Of a stretch of DNA of 64,000 bases, positions 39,533-50,854 are shown one piece after another. The notes beneath the pieces are model-generated. The model saw only the letters and a list, made by a program, of their open reading frames with translations. It was not told the origin of the DNA and did no database searches. Numbering within the stretch: the first letter of the stretch is position 1; every line of letters begins with the position of its first letter. Both the position numbers and the translations under genes were made by a program. Source of the stretch: Eledone cirrhosa (taxonomy: Eukaryota); NCBI GenBank assembly GCA_964016885.1, contig OZ024743.1, positions 173,104,001 through 173,168,000 on the forward strand, written 5' to 3'.

Positions 39533-40155
39533 CAAAGGTTCTCAACGGGGAGGGGGGGCATATGCCCCCAGGGTGGGGGCTGGGGCGTTTTTGAGCAAGG
39601 GGGAGTTAGGGTGGGCGTTTGAAGCTGGGGGGGGGGCTAAGGGGGCACCGGAAGGCTATTTACGTAGGTAAGTTTTATAAGCCATATTTGTACGTCTCTG
39701 AGACAGCCAGTGTGAATGCATTTGAATGAAGAAAACAAAGAAAATAAATAAAAGAAGCTTGTCAACGAATTCCCTAGGGCGATAAAAGAAAAACAAAAGA
39801 AATCAAAGAAAATGAAAATAAGGAAAACATCAACTATGACAATAGTTACAAGAACAACAGAAACGACAAGAAAAAGAAGCAATCATACACACACATGCAT
39901 ACGTACATACATACATACCTATATATATACACACACAGGCTGGCGTTGGTGTTTGATGAGGTTGAGAATCTGGTCAGCTTTTAGCCAGAGTTGTGGTATT
40001 TACTCTCCCTGGGTAATAAAATCTGGACTCAAAATTCTCGCCTTACCAAAAAACATCACTTATGTCAACATCCTTACACACTTAAATATAAATGCATGTG
40101 TATATACAAATGTATAAATGCATAGCTACATACATAGGTAAATGTATGTATGTAG

Positions 40156-40233
<78 letters not shown>

Positions 40234-40640
40234 CTTTTCGATTTGTGATGTTTTTGCATTCTTACAAAAATATACACAACTGAATTCATTCGCCTGATAT
40301 AGGGGTTGCCTCCCTTGCCGATCCCCACGTGGGGTCAGCAATAGTCAGTCCTTGTATTAACATTGAACTAAAACCTGTTGAGAAAGTGGCTTCCTTGTTC
40401 AATCATCTTACCAGAAGCCTGACATTATTTATGTAAGCGGACGGTACTTGATTTAGGAGCCGCAGAAACGCATATACTGGATTTTACCAACCTTCCAGGG
40501 GTCCGGGTAAATTTTCAATACCCGAATTACTTGATCGTTGTTTTTCGTTATTTCGTGGGCCGAAATGCGAATTTCGATGATTTATGTTTTTATATATATA
40601 TGCAGAAAAGGAACATAGGTAAATGTATGTATGTATGTAG

Positions 40641-40702
<62 letters not shown>

Positions 40703-40707
<5 letters not shown>

Positions 40708-41520
40708 GAAAAGGAACTGGCATAATTTCTGTAAAATACACACAGATCCTGGGTACACAAGAGATGTAGTGGGATAGTAGGCAAACTAACAGGTAGGGAG
40801 AAATACGTATGCAGTAGATGTACAGGGAAATTAGACAGTAGAAGTCGCATTGACAGACACATTTTTCAAATGCAGGCGGGTGCTATAGAAGTGGTTGATA
40901 GCTTCCGGTACCTAGGAGATCAGATTAGCATGGGAGGGGGGGGGGGGTTTCCAAGGCCATAGTATCTAGAGTAAGGACGCGTTGGAAGAAGTTTAGGGAG
41001 CTGCTTCCTCTGTTGACGAAGAAGGGTTTCTCTCTGCGTACGAAATGGCCGGTTGTATGATGCCTGTGTGAGGAGCGCGATGCTGCATGGTAGTGAGACA
41101 TGGGCAGCAACTGCAGAGGATATGCGACGGCTGGAGAGAAATGAGGCAAGCATGCTCCGTTGGATGTGCAATGTCAATGTGCGTGAACGACTCAGCATGG
41201 ATGTGTTGAGAGAGAAACTGTGTCTGAGAGGGATAGAATGTAGTGTGCGAGAGAGGAGACTGAGGTGGTATGGAGATGTGATGCGCATGGAGGATAACCG
41301 ATGGGTGAAGAAGTGCCAGGAAATGCCAGTTGAAGGAAGACGTGGTAGAGGTAGACCACGAAAAACATGGGCGGAGGTGGTGAGAACAGACCTCAGATCG
41401 CTGAAGCTCACGGTGGAGATGACGGAGGGCTATGACAAGTGGAGAGATGTTGTGCTGAATAAGACCCGTCCCACCCTTGCAAGCAGGGAAAAGCGGGCGT
41501 AAAATGATGATGATGATGAT
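40703..41520 (+). mobile_element. 5'-truncated RTE, close relative of 35808-36637
   Basis: High DNA identity including the shared G-run; (GAT)n tail. Confidence 0.92.
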
Positions 41521-41610
41521 ATATATATAATATATATATGTGTGTGTTTGATGGTAGCTATGATGCTTACATAGGCGGTACGGAGGTTTGTGTGTGTATG
41601 TGAGTCTGTG

Positions 41611-41664
<54 letters not shown>

Positions 41665-41992
41665 TATATGTGTATGTGTGTATGTATGTATATTTGTGTG
41701 TATGTGTGTATGTCTATATGTGTGCGTATATGTGTGCGCGCGTGGACTTGTGAAATACCAAACCCAGCATGAATTTATTGAAGTGTGTCAGCCAGATGGT
41801 AGCTGATGGACAGCCTGACTGCAACTATTGGCCAGAATTTATGATGACGTAGAAAAACAACAGCCAACAGCAGGACAAACGAGGAAGATGTTTTTTGACG
41901 CTAACACCCCAGTGAGAAATTTTGATCCGGAATTATTGCCAGTGTCCGGAGAACCTGCAGTTTCCAGAATCAGACAGATCCATACAATGATC

Positions 41993-42032
41993 GTGTGTCG
42001 AGCTGTCGGCCGGCGAAACAATTGTAACACAC
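41993..42032 (+). ncRNA. Hammerhead remnant with a 4-nt core deletion
   Basis: GTGTGT-[CTGA missing]CGA-GCTG..CGGC-GAAA-CAATTG-TA-ACACAC. Confidence 0.55.
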
Positions 42033-42937
42033 AATAAACTGAGTCCAGATGCATCACTGGTTTTTCATTTTATCTAATATATATTTGTGAAATGAGTGGT
42101 GGTTGAAATTCAGATGTGCACCGTTAAATGGTAGTAGACGTGCTCGGACTGATATGAAAATTTACACACCTATGTAAAAAGTGCCAAGGAAGCAAATAGA
42201 CGAGGTTTCAAATCTCTAACTTGAGAAATGTGGTCCCTGGGGCCCCAAAACTATTGCGTTCGGTGAGTTATTTCCCCCTGTTCAATACTTTTGTCTTATT
42301 TACAATTTCATACAAATAAAGCAGTAAATAAAGGATTATGAGTTCATGCAATTGACTTATGTTTCGTCACTATATATATATAATATGAAAACGCTTTAAT
42401 AAAAAAAAAAATCAACTGTAATGTATGTATGCATGTATTTATGTGTTTATATGAGCGGGGATATGTAAGTAAATCTTACTTTGTGGACAGCTTATCCTTA
42501 GCATAATATTCATGCTAGAACAGCATATATTTGAAAGTTTTCAGGGAGTTGAATTACTGATTTGGGATCGGCAGCTTTAGCTTTGAAAAAATGAAATGTG
42601 CAGTGTAAACATTTTTTATTATTCCTCCGGGGATGAATCTTCTCTGCATTTTTCCATCTCTTTCTTTCTCTCTGGAAGAAATCAGCCGTAGTAAGACCTA
42701 AAAAAATGGTTAGATACACCATGACGCACCGTGCATCACGGTGGAGTTGAAAAGCAGACTCAGAACATGGCGTTGTGTGGGGGTGGCTCGCAGCCCAATG
42801 TTCCAGGGGGAGCAAAAGAAGAAGAAGTGAGCTGGAGTCCTATCAAATATGTAGGTTGTGTCTTAAATTGAAGGTTTAGTAGAAACAATTCATGTATAGT
42901 TTTGTACTTTTCTTTTTGTCATTCATATATAAACAAA

Positions 42938-44033
42938 TCTACTATATAAATTGGAAGTGGTCGGACGTTGTATATGTAGGTGTAGTCGGATAAACGTCGA
43001 AACGGCTTGGTGGAATGCAGCGAAAATTTACAGTTATGCAGAATGACCCGAGGAGGCGTTGGGTCGACTGTAAAGCTACAATCTTCCATGGTTACGGAGA
43101 AAATCGATGAAACAGGAATTTCCCATTCAAATTGAACTGAGAGTAATCTGTGAACGCAGAAGTAATTATTTCGAGAAACGTTGCAACCGAACGACAACAG
43201 GAAGACAATATTTTGGTTCGTGAAGACGTTCCCTGGCAATGAACGGGAAAAAAGCGAGGATAATACGTCGTTATGTGGTGCATGAAGAACAATTTCATGC
43301 AAAGACAAGACCAAGTTTATGGTATAAATGGAGTCGTTAGACTAATATTCTATTTAAAATAACAGAATGATTTCCAGCCCAGAAGTTTAAGAATGATGTA
43401 AATAAAATTGTAAACGAAAATGACAGAGGTTATTAAAATAGTAAAAGTAAATAGTGAAGATTTAGGCCAGTACATACGTATGCCCCGACGGACATACACA
43501 TACATACGCACACACAAATACATACACACACCCACACACACACACGCGCGCGCGCGCACACACACGAACGCACGCGCGTATGTATAAACCTTATGCATTT
43601 CTACTATATTTTCACCAAACTTAAGACATAGGTTACTTATGTACTCCGGATGGTCATGGGCACTGTCATATTTCCAGATATTGATTATAGGCCCCCCCCC
43701 CCCCCCCGACAGATAACCCCTTTAACCACTTTAACCACTTCCTTGGAGTCGACTGAAGCACTGCAGAGCAATGCAACAAAACGTCATAACTTCTGGAGTT
43801 CTCAACCGATTTTCACAAAACTTGACACATGGGCTACGTTTGTCCTACAGATGGATGTGAACTCTCAGAATTGGCACATATTGGGTAGGGGACCCCTAGC
43901 GGCAGGAACCCCTTTTTGGAAAAAGCCGATGATTTTGTAAAAGTATAGTTTTAGAAGCAGCACTGAAGTATTGACATAAATGGTGTTCACAATTGCTATT
44001 TAATATCCGAGCAACGCCGGGTACCTCTGCTAG
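42938..44033 (+). mobile_element. Non-autonomous Helitron
   Basis: A|TCTACTATATAAA start; CCGAGCAACGCCGGG..CTGCTAG|T end. Confidence 0.8.
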
Positions 44034-44045
44034 TATTATATATTA

Positions 44046-44218
44046 TGGATTTGGTAAAGGGGCGGACGCCATGCTTTGACGTATAGAGTTACGGCCCTTG
44101 CCATTCTGAGTTCAAATCCCGCCAAGGTTAACTTTGCCTTTCATCCTTACGGGGTCGATAAAATAAAGTACCAGTAATGCACTGGGTAATTGCTGGCCTT
44201 GGGCCTAACGTAGAAACA
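44046..44218 (+). mobile_element. SINE subfamily B, 11-bp TSD
   Basis: TSD ATTATATATTA at 44035-44045 and 44219-44229. Confidence 0.88.
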
Positions 44219-44227
44219 ATTATATAT

Positions 44228-44278
<51 letters not shown>

Positions 44279-44550
44279 CACACACACATATATTTTTTTT
44301 CTTTTTTCAGTCTGGTCTACCTCTGGTGGTAAGGTCGGTACCTTAGTTAGAACTCAATTTAATCTTGTAAAATCCATAGAGAAGTTCTGTGTTTCGCTGA
44401 ATTAATTCTTTAGATACAGTCAGATATTAGGTATTAAATTAACAATTAAAATAAAAACAACAAAATAAAAACAAAGTTATAAAGTAACTTGACTTTTTTC
44501 TTTTTCTTTTCATTGTTAATTTGATAACACTTACACACATATATATATAT

Positions 44551-44790
44551 GCGCAGTGTGACAAGAAGCTTGCTTCCCAACCACATGATTCCGGGTTCAG
44601 TCCTACTGCCCGAGCCGACCAAAGCCCTGTGAGTGGATTTGATAGACCAAACCTAAAAGAAGCGCCTTGTATATATGTATATATGTTTGTGTGTATCTTT
44701 GCGTTTGTGTTTGCCCTCCCACCAATGCTTGTTGGTTTGTTGACATCCCCATAACTTACCAAGGTGATGCTCTAGCATGGGCGTAGTCCA
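44551..44790 (+). mobile_element. Second tRNA-derived SINE family, decayed
   Basis: A-box-like start, B-box-like GGGTTCAGTCC; body similar to 63590-63740. Confidence 0.6.
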
Positions 44791-44841
44791 GAGACAGAAA
44801 AAAATTAAAGTGTATATATATATATCTGTGTGTGTGTAGAA

Positions 44842-45217
44842 AATGGGTCTCAAACTCAAGGACATAAAAGAGCCATTACGTCCTGGAGGAGAGGCACAGT
44901 GGGCCAAACGTGGTGGTGAGTGATGGTTTTCACAAGTTATAATCATTTCTACTATAGGCACAAGGCATGGAATTTAGGGTTTAGAGTCCCGTCGATTACA
45001 TCGATCCCAGTTCACAACTGTTACTTAATTTATCGACCCCAAAAGGATGAAAGACAAAGTTGAGATCAGCGGAATTTGAACTCGGAACATAAAAACGGAA
45101 GAAGTACCGCTAAGCATTTCGCCAGCTCACCGCCTTATTTTCACCAGATAATGGAATCTGAAATTCTACCACGGGCCATAGAAAAGTAGTTCACGGGCCG
45201 CATGTTTGAGCCCTCTG
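44842..45217. mobile_element. Charlie-like hAT MITE containing an older SINE copy (44943-45135, minus)
   Basis: Ends GGGTCTCAAAC / GCGGCCCG-type subterminal plus GTTTGAGCCCTCTG; SINE core TTATCGACCCC..GGATGAAAG inside. Confidence 0.6.
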
Positions 45218-45283
45218 TTGGAGAGATAGATAGATAGACGTGTACCAAACACACACACATTTCTTACTCTCTCTGTCTCTCCC

Positions 45284-45321
<38 letters not shown>

Positions 45322-45323
45322 CC

Positions 45324-45404
<81 letters not shown>

Positions 45405-45458
45405 GAGGCTTTTTTTAACAAAATGAAAAATAACCGAGGTGTCCTACACGAGTGAAAG

Positions 45459-45550
45459 TATAAAAAAAAAAGATGAAATCGAAAATGCAACTGGAGTCTT
45501 ATTTTTTTTTAAATAAGACCCCAGTTGCATTTTCGATTTCATCTTTTTTT

Positions 45551-45557
<7 letters not shown>
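45459..45557. repeat. Near-perfect palindrome (40-bp arms or longer, 6-nt loop)
   Basis: 45465-45504 is the reverse complement of 45511-45550 with one mismatch. Confidence 0.95.
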
Positions 45558-45617
<60 letters not shown>

Positions 45618-46399
45618 GTTGTTATTTGACGTTGTTGAAAAGAGTAGTGAACTTTGACCTGGCAATAAAAATTGGAGACAAAATTCTTTCTGTACCAAAA
45701 ACAAGGCACACATAAGTTTGTTTGAGTGTGTTAGTGTGTGCGTGTGTGTATCTATCTATGTATATATATATATAAGGGATACAGATATTGTTTGCTCACT
45801 GTCACTAAGCATCTCAATTCATTCGTTGCAACTAAGTTTGTGATCGAGGCACTTTATTTTGCAAGGGACTATTTTTCCCTGGAGTTTGTGATTCAAGAGA
45901 AAGGTAAGAAATTCTTCATATTTTGCATCTTTTGTATTTTGACTTTACAGTTGTGAATTGAGAATTGTTCAGCCACTCAAAATATTACAACAGCTAACAG
46001 TGAAATATAAAATTTAAAAAAAATAGCTTTTTCGACTGAGATCAAATCTTTGAGAACATTCACGTCTATTTTTCAAAAATATATAATTTGAAATAGCTTG
46101 CTTTTGTTTTGGACTGAAACTTTTTTGTATTTAATTCGTACGAGTATTTTTTAAAGATTTTTTTTAAAGATTCTAACATAACTTGATTCAGCCCAGTAAT
46201 CTACTGATATTAAAATCAGTAGTATATTGAAAAATAGAAAAATAGGGTAGGGGGGCGTTTTGTGATTTTGAGGGGGCAAAATGGGTTGAGAACCTTTGAT
46301 CTAATGAACTCAAATGATTGTTCTTAATAGAGTGGATGGCAAGTAATACACTTTTATACTTTCAAAATATCTGTTAATGTGTAAAGTGTGAAGTATAAG

Positions 46400-46975
46400 T
46401 ATTCAATTCAATTCAATTCAATTCAATATATTTGGCAGAAATTAAAACATAGATGCTTCAGATGCCATGTAAGGAGGGGAGGGGGGCAACATTTACACAG
46501 TCCGAAAAACAGTGGTCCAACACCGGTCCAATTTCGCCTTGAATTGTTGCGTGGTTGACGCGTTGACTACTTCTTCTGGAAGCCGATTCCAGGGTCCAGA
46601 GATGCGGATCGAGAAAGCAGCTTTCCGTCTATTTAGGTGAAAGCGGCGGTGAAACAGCTTTTTGTCATGTCCACGTAGACCCCTTTCAAGTGCCGGAGTG
46701 AATAGGAAATCTTGATGGAGATCGTAATGGCCATTGAAGAGATTGTAAGCCAAAATGAGGTCGCCTCTTAGCCGTCGACGCTCCAAGGAGAAGAGATTCT
46801 GCTTCTGCAGCCGGCTTTCGTAGGGCAGCTCACGAAGACCCTGTACCATTCGAGTGGCTAGTCGTTGAACTCTCTCCAAGTGATGGATATCCCGGATGAG
46901 ATATGGGTTTGATGCTTGGTGCGGTCTCACGAAGGCGACATAGAGAGGCCTGAAAAGATAGTACACTCTTACCTT
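46400..46975 (-). mobile_element. CR1-clade LINE 3' fragment with (ATTGA)n tail
   Basis: LYVAFVRPH, LERVQRLATRMV, SLERRRLRGDLI, WNRLP in ORF 46493..47092. Confidence 0.88.
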
Positions 46976-47143
46976 TGGGCGGCCCCAATAACGATATCCA
47001 AAGACTCCAAACTTCCCTGGCAGAACAAACAGCCATCTCAGATGAGAAGGTGTGCAAGTTCTGGTTTTTAATTTCGAGAGAGAAATTAGCAAAATATTTA
47101 ATTTAAATTATGAATAAGCAACTATTTGCAAATAAAAATCAAT

Positions 47144-48674
47144 TTATGATTGATTGAAAATCGTAGACACCAATTCTTCATCCCAGTAAGAGCGATTAGC
47201 CTTTAGAAACAATTGCATTTCTAAATTCAAAGGTGATAAGCTTTGGCGAAAATCATTAAAAGCGTATCCCGCTGAACTAAAGAAACGCTCTATTATATTT
47301 GACGTCGGTAGAATAAATCTACAATCTGGATGTTTCTTAGATAAATTTGCATTTACTCTGCGCTTCTTCAGACAAATTAAAGCGAAATCATCGTTTCCCA
47401 CTAAAGAGTCTGAATTTTTCGATATTTCAGTGAATTCCAATCTGTGTAAAGCATGTATTTCTAGCGCATCAAGCTTTTCTTCTGATTTTTGAAGTATTTT
47501 AACAATACCACTCTCGAAAACAGAGCAACGAACGATATCTGCCGAAGGCAGCAAGTATTTTTTGAATTCTTCATATGGATAAAAGACGAGTATTTCATTG
47601 AAGAGAACTCGAACATCCCACAAATCAATTTCTTCTCGTAAAGCGTCTGTAACTGAACGCAGTTTTCTCAAATTCTCTTCCAAGTTTCTGAGATCTTTGC
47701 GTTCCCAAGGTGTCAAACGATAATCAATGAGTTTAGCGTCGTCCTTAAAAGATTCCAAAAAAATTTCAATTTGAATAAACCTTTCAATCATATCAAATGT
47801 ACTCGACCAACGAGTTATATTTCTTTGAAGGGGTTTTAGTGTTGTCTGTTCTCTTAATTTGCCCGCAAGTTTGAAAGAATTCAATTTTCCCATCAGCTCG
47901 TTGATTTTATTGAGTAAAATTTTCTCCTTTTCTAAATAAGCAGAAACTACTAAGTTAAATTTATGGGAAGCACAACCAACCAAAGAGGTACCAGGCAGTT
48001 TCGCTATTGATTTATTGACTTCAGCGTTATCACCAATAATCGCAATGATATTTTCTAAGCTTTTTTCGTATAGTCTTAACATGTAGTCAATAAAATCCAT
48101 GTGGTCGGAAGCAGTGAATGAGGTTCCGTTCATCAGTGGTGAAAATGATAACAAAGCTGACCGGTATCCCTTTTTATCATTCCAAGGGTAGGAGGCAAAA
48201 AGCCCAACAAAATGTGTTGACCCCTTACTCCAGCCATCGATAACTTGGACGAATTTTCCTGGGAGTTCTTTCGATATTTTTTTTTCTACTTCTAAAGTGA
48301 GTTTACTCATATATTTTTTCAGAGTAACATTGGTCATAGAAGCCCAAATTGGTATATTTTCGAGTTAATGGGTCTTCGACAAAAGAAAACGGTTTTAAAC
48401 TAACGCATACCCATTCAATCCAGCCATACACGTTTAATGCAGAACGACTCACTATACCACTTTTAGAAGAATTTTCTGTGACAAATTTCGATAATGTTTG
48501 TTGTTTGTTTTCCTGTAAATTTGAGTGCTCTGGATGTTGGCTTTTGACATGATTCGTCAAATTACTCCAACCAGTTCCTTTCTCTTTTCCGCATTTGCAT
48601 TTCCAAAAGCCAGTGTCATCGTTTATTCTATTGAAATACCTTTTTACGATTCGTTCATTTGAAGACATGGTCAT
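47144..48674 (-). pseudogene. hAT transposase with BED finger, near-intact (one frameshift near 48335)
   Basis: CKC..SNL..HVKSQH; VIDGWS (D), GDN (D), CASH, TRWSST, TSNIIERFFS (E). Confidence 0.88.
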
Positions 48675-49180
48675 TTATATAATCATAAAAATATTTCTCA
48701 GTACTTAAAATCTAGATTAGTGATCGTGATTACATAAGAAAATTAAAAAAGAAGTTGTTTTGGAATTCTTCTGTGAACGAGGCGTGCGAATGAGTAGTTA
48801 TCACCGGAGAGATCGAACGCAGAAGCCTACACGCGAAGGTAGTGGATCGACAGTGTTGAGAAGCAAATAATTTTAGGTGCACGCAGAGAAGGACTTTAAA
48901 CTAGTGATTTTAGAAAATGAACGACAAGAATATAATCAGAATAACGCCGGGGAATTAGTAACCAGATGCTATTAAGATCGGAATAAGAGTGCCATTAAAA
49001 GGGTACCGTGGGTTTATGGAGGTATAATCGTTAACCGGATAAATAACAAAAATAATTTCTTTCTCTCAATAAAAGACGTTTAGAGCTATGATGTTCAACC
49101 ATGTTCCAATTAATTGCAATACATTTTTCCCGAAACAATCAATTGCATTTAATTTTTAACCAATTAATTTTAATTATAAT

Positions 49181-49419
49181 TGTTTCTACTTTTTGGCACA
49201 AGGCCAGCAATTACCCAGTACATTACTGGTACTTTATTTTATCGACCCTGTAAGGATGAAAGGCAAAGTTTACCTCGGCGGGATTTGAACTCAGAATGGC
49301 AAGGGCCGTAACTCTAGGCGTCAAAGCATGGCGTCCGACCCTCTACCGATACTGCTAATTCACCGCCCATAATTCGGAATTATAATTGTTTCTACTTTTG
49401 GCACAAGGCCAGCAATTAC
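49181..49419 (-). mobile_element. SINE subfamily B (49181-49368) plus an adjacent tail-only fragment (49386-49419)
   Basis: A and B boxes, core, tail; second tail repeat directly visible. Confidence 0.88.
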
Positions 49420-50589
49420 GTGGAATATAGGCGGGGAAATATATTTTGTTTTCTTTGAAATTTTAAGAGAGAGAGAAAATAGACAGGCAGTGAAGAAATG
49501 AGAAAGAAATATAGACAGACAGAGAGAAGATGAGCCGGTAGGTAGGTATGCTTCTTGATAAGTAGATACATAGATAGTTACCTCGATTGCTATAGAGAGA
49601 TGGATATGTACGAGAGAAAATGAAAGAGATAGAAAGACAGTAAGGAAATGACCTGAACTATAGAAAGACAAACAAAGATATATATATACGAGAGATAGAG
49701 AGAGAAAGAGAGAGAGAGCATTAAGTATTATAGACATGCGGAAGTAAAGCGACGGTTTATTTCTCTTTAAAACCAAAGTGTCTCGTAAGGAGAGGCTTCA
49801 GAAAACCTATTTCCGACAGTTTGTTACACGTCAGGTGTGTAATTGTATGTTGACTGACAGCAACCCATCTGAACAGGAGGTACAAAGAGGAATGTGGGAT
49901 GGCGTGTCCATATGAGCCCTAACATATTTAGTGGGCACAAGGAAATCGGAAGTTATCACTTCCATACATTTTCTAGGAAGACAAACAGTCTCCAACCTCG
50001 AACATGTTATTGCTGTTGTTGTTCAACCTCAGATCAAGTGATCGATGAGCAGCTGCATAATTAATTCGAATGCATTCCATCCGTGACTATCCCATGTTTC
50101 TAAATATGTGCAGGGAACCCAGCACTACTTTACCCAACGTTTCCATTTTTTTATTCCTTTTATGACACAGTGAAATTTAAGGGAGATTTGGTTGCAAGTC
50201 AAGCGACCACGTAAAAGCTCCCTACTTTACTCCCGCGACAGTAAGAGCAGTGCCTTAAGTAGTTCGATAGAACTTGTCTATGCCTTAGATTCGCAAAGAC
50301 CCTGTATTTTTTTTTTTTTTTTTAGCGGGTGGGGAATTAAAGCCCAATCCATCAAACCAGCCATTAACTTCCCCATTGCTAAATAAAAGACATGGTTGTT
50401 AACTAACTTGAATGGAAATGCTGGAAAAACTTTGCTAAATGCTATAAAAATGCTGGAAAAAAATTAGCATAGATTACCATAGGTTTTTTTAAATATAGTT
50501 TTTAGTTAATTTTGAGTAAGTTGTTTATTACCATATATATTCGTGTAGCATTAGAGTATGGAATTACAACTAAAACCACTACAAATACT

Positions 50590-50790
50590 GAGGATTGTCT
50601 GGCCGCTTCTTCTTCGCACTGGACCCCATACTGCCGAGCTCCTCCGCAATACCAGAACATCAGCAGCCTGTCTGAGGAAGGAGCCCCGCAACGTGGGGTG
50701 GCTGTTGCAGCGGGTGTCACTAACCATTGTCAGCAGAAATGCTTTTGCGGTCTTGTCCATGGGGTGCAACCCCAACACCGCCATGCCCTA
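50590..50790 (+). mobile_element. CRE-like (restriction-like endonuclease) non-LTR retrotransposon 3' fragment
   Basis: GPHTAELL...EPRNVGWLLQRVSLTIVSRNAFAVL resembles the QRxSxAxxRGNA terminal motif. Confidence 0.6.
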
Positions 50791-50854
50791 GGCCCAGAGT
50801 CCATCACAAAAAATTTAGTTACCTGGTAATCTTTGTTTTGTTTTGTTTTTGTAG

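Larger units (their letters stand above)
39533..46298. mobile_element. 6.8-kb non-autonomous hAT (Charlie-like termini) with nested insertions
   Basis: Perfect 14-bp TIR CAAAGGTTCTCAAC (39533-39546) / GTTGAGAACCTTTG (46285-46298); TSD ATCTAGTG/ATCTAATG; removal restores the host transposase frame QSSS-ELK. Confidence 0.85.

Noticed and set aside
42480-42697. Minus-strand exon candidate (TTTTTAG acceptor, GTAAGA donor)
   Set aside because: All three frames contain stops and no partner exons are evident; a non-coding exon cannot be excluded.
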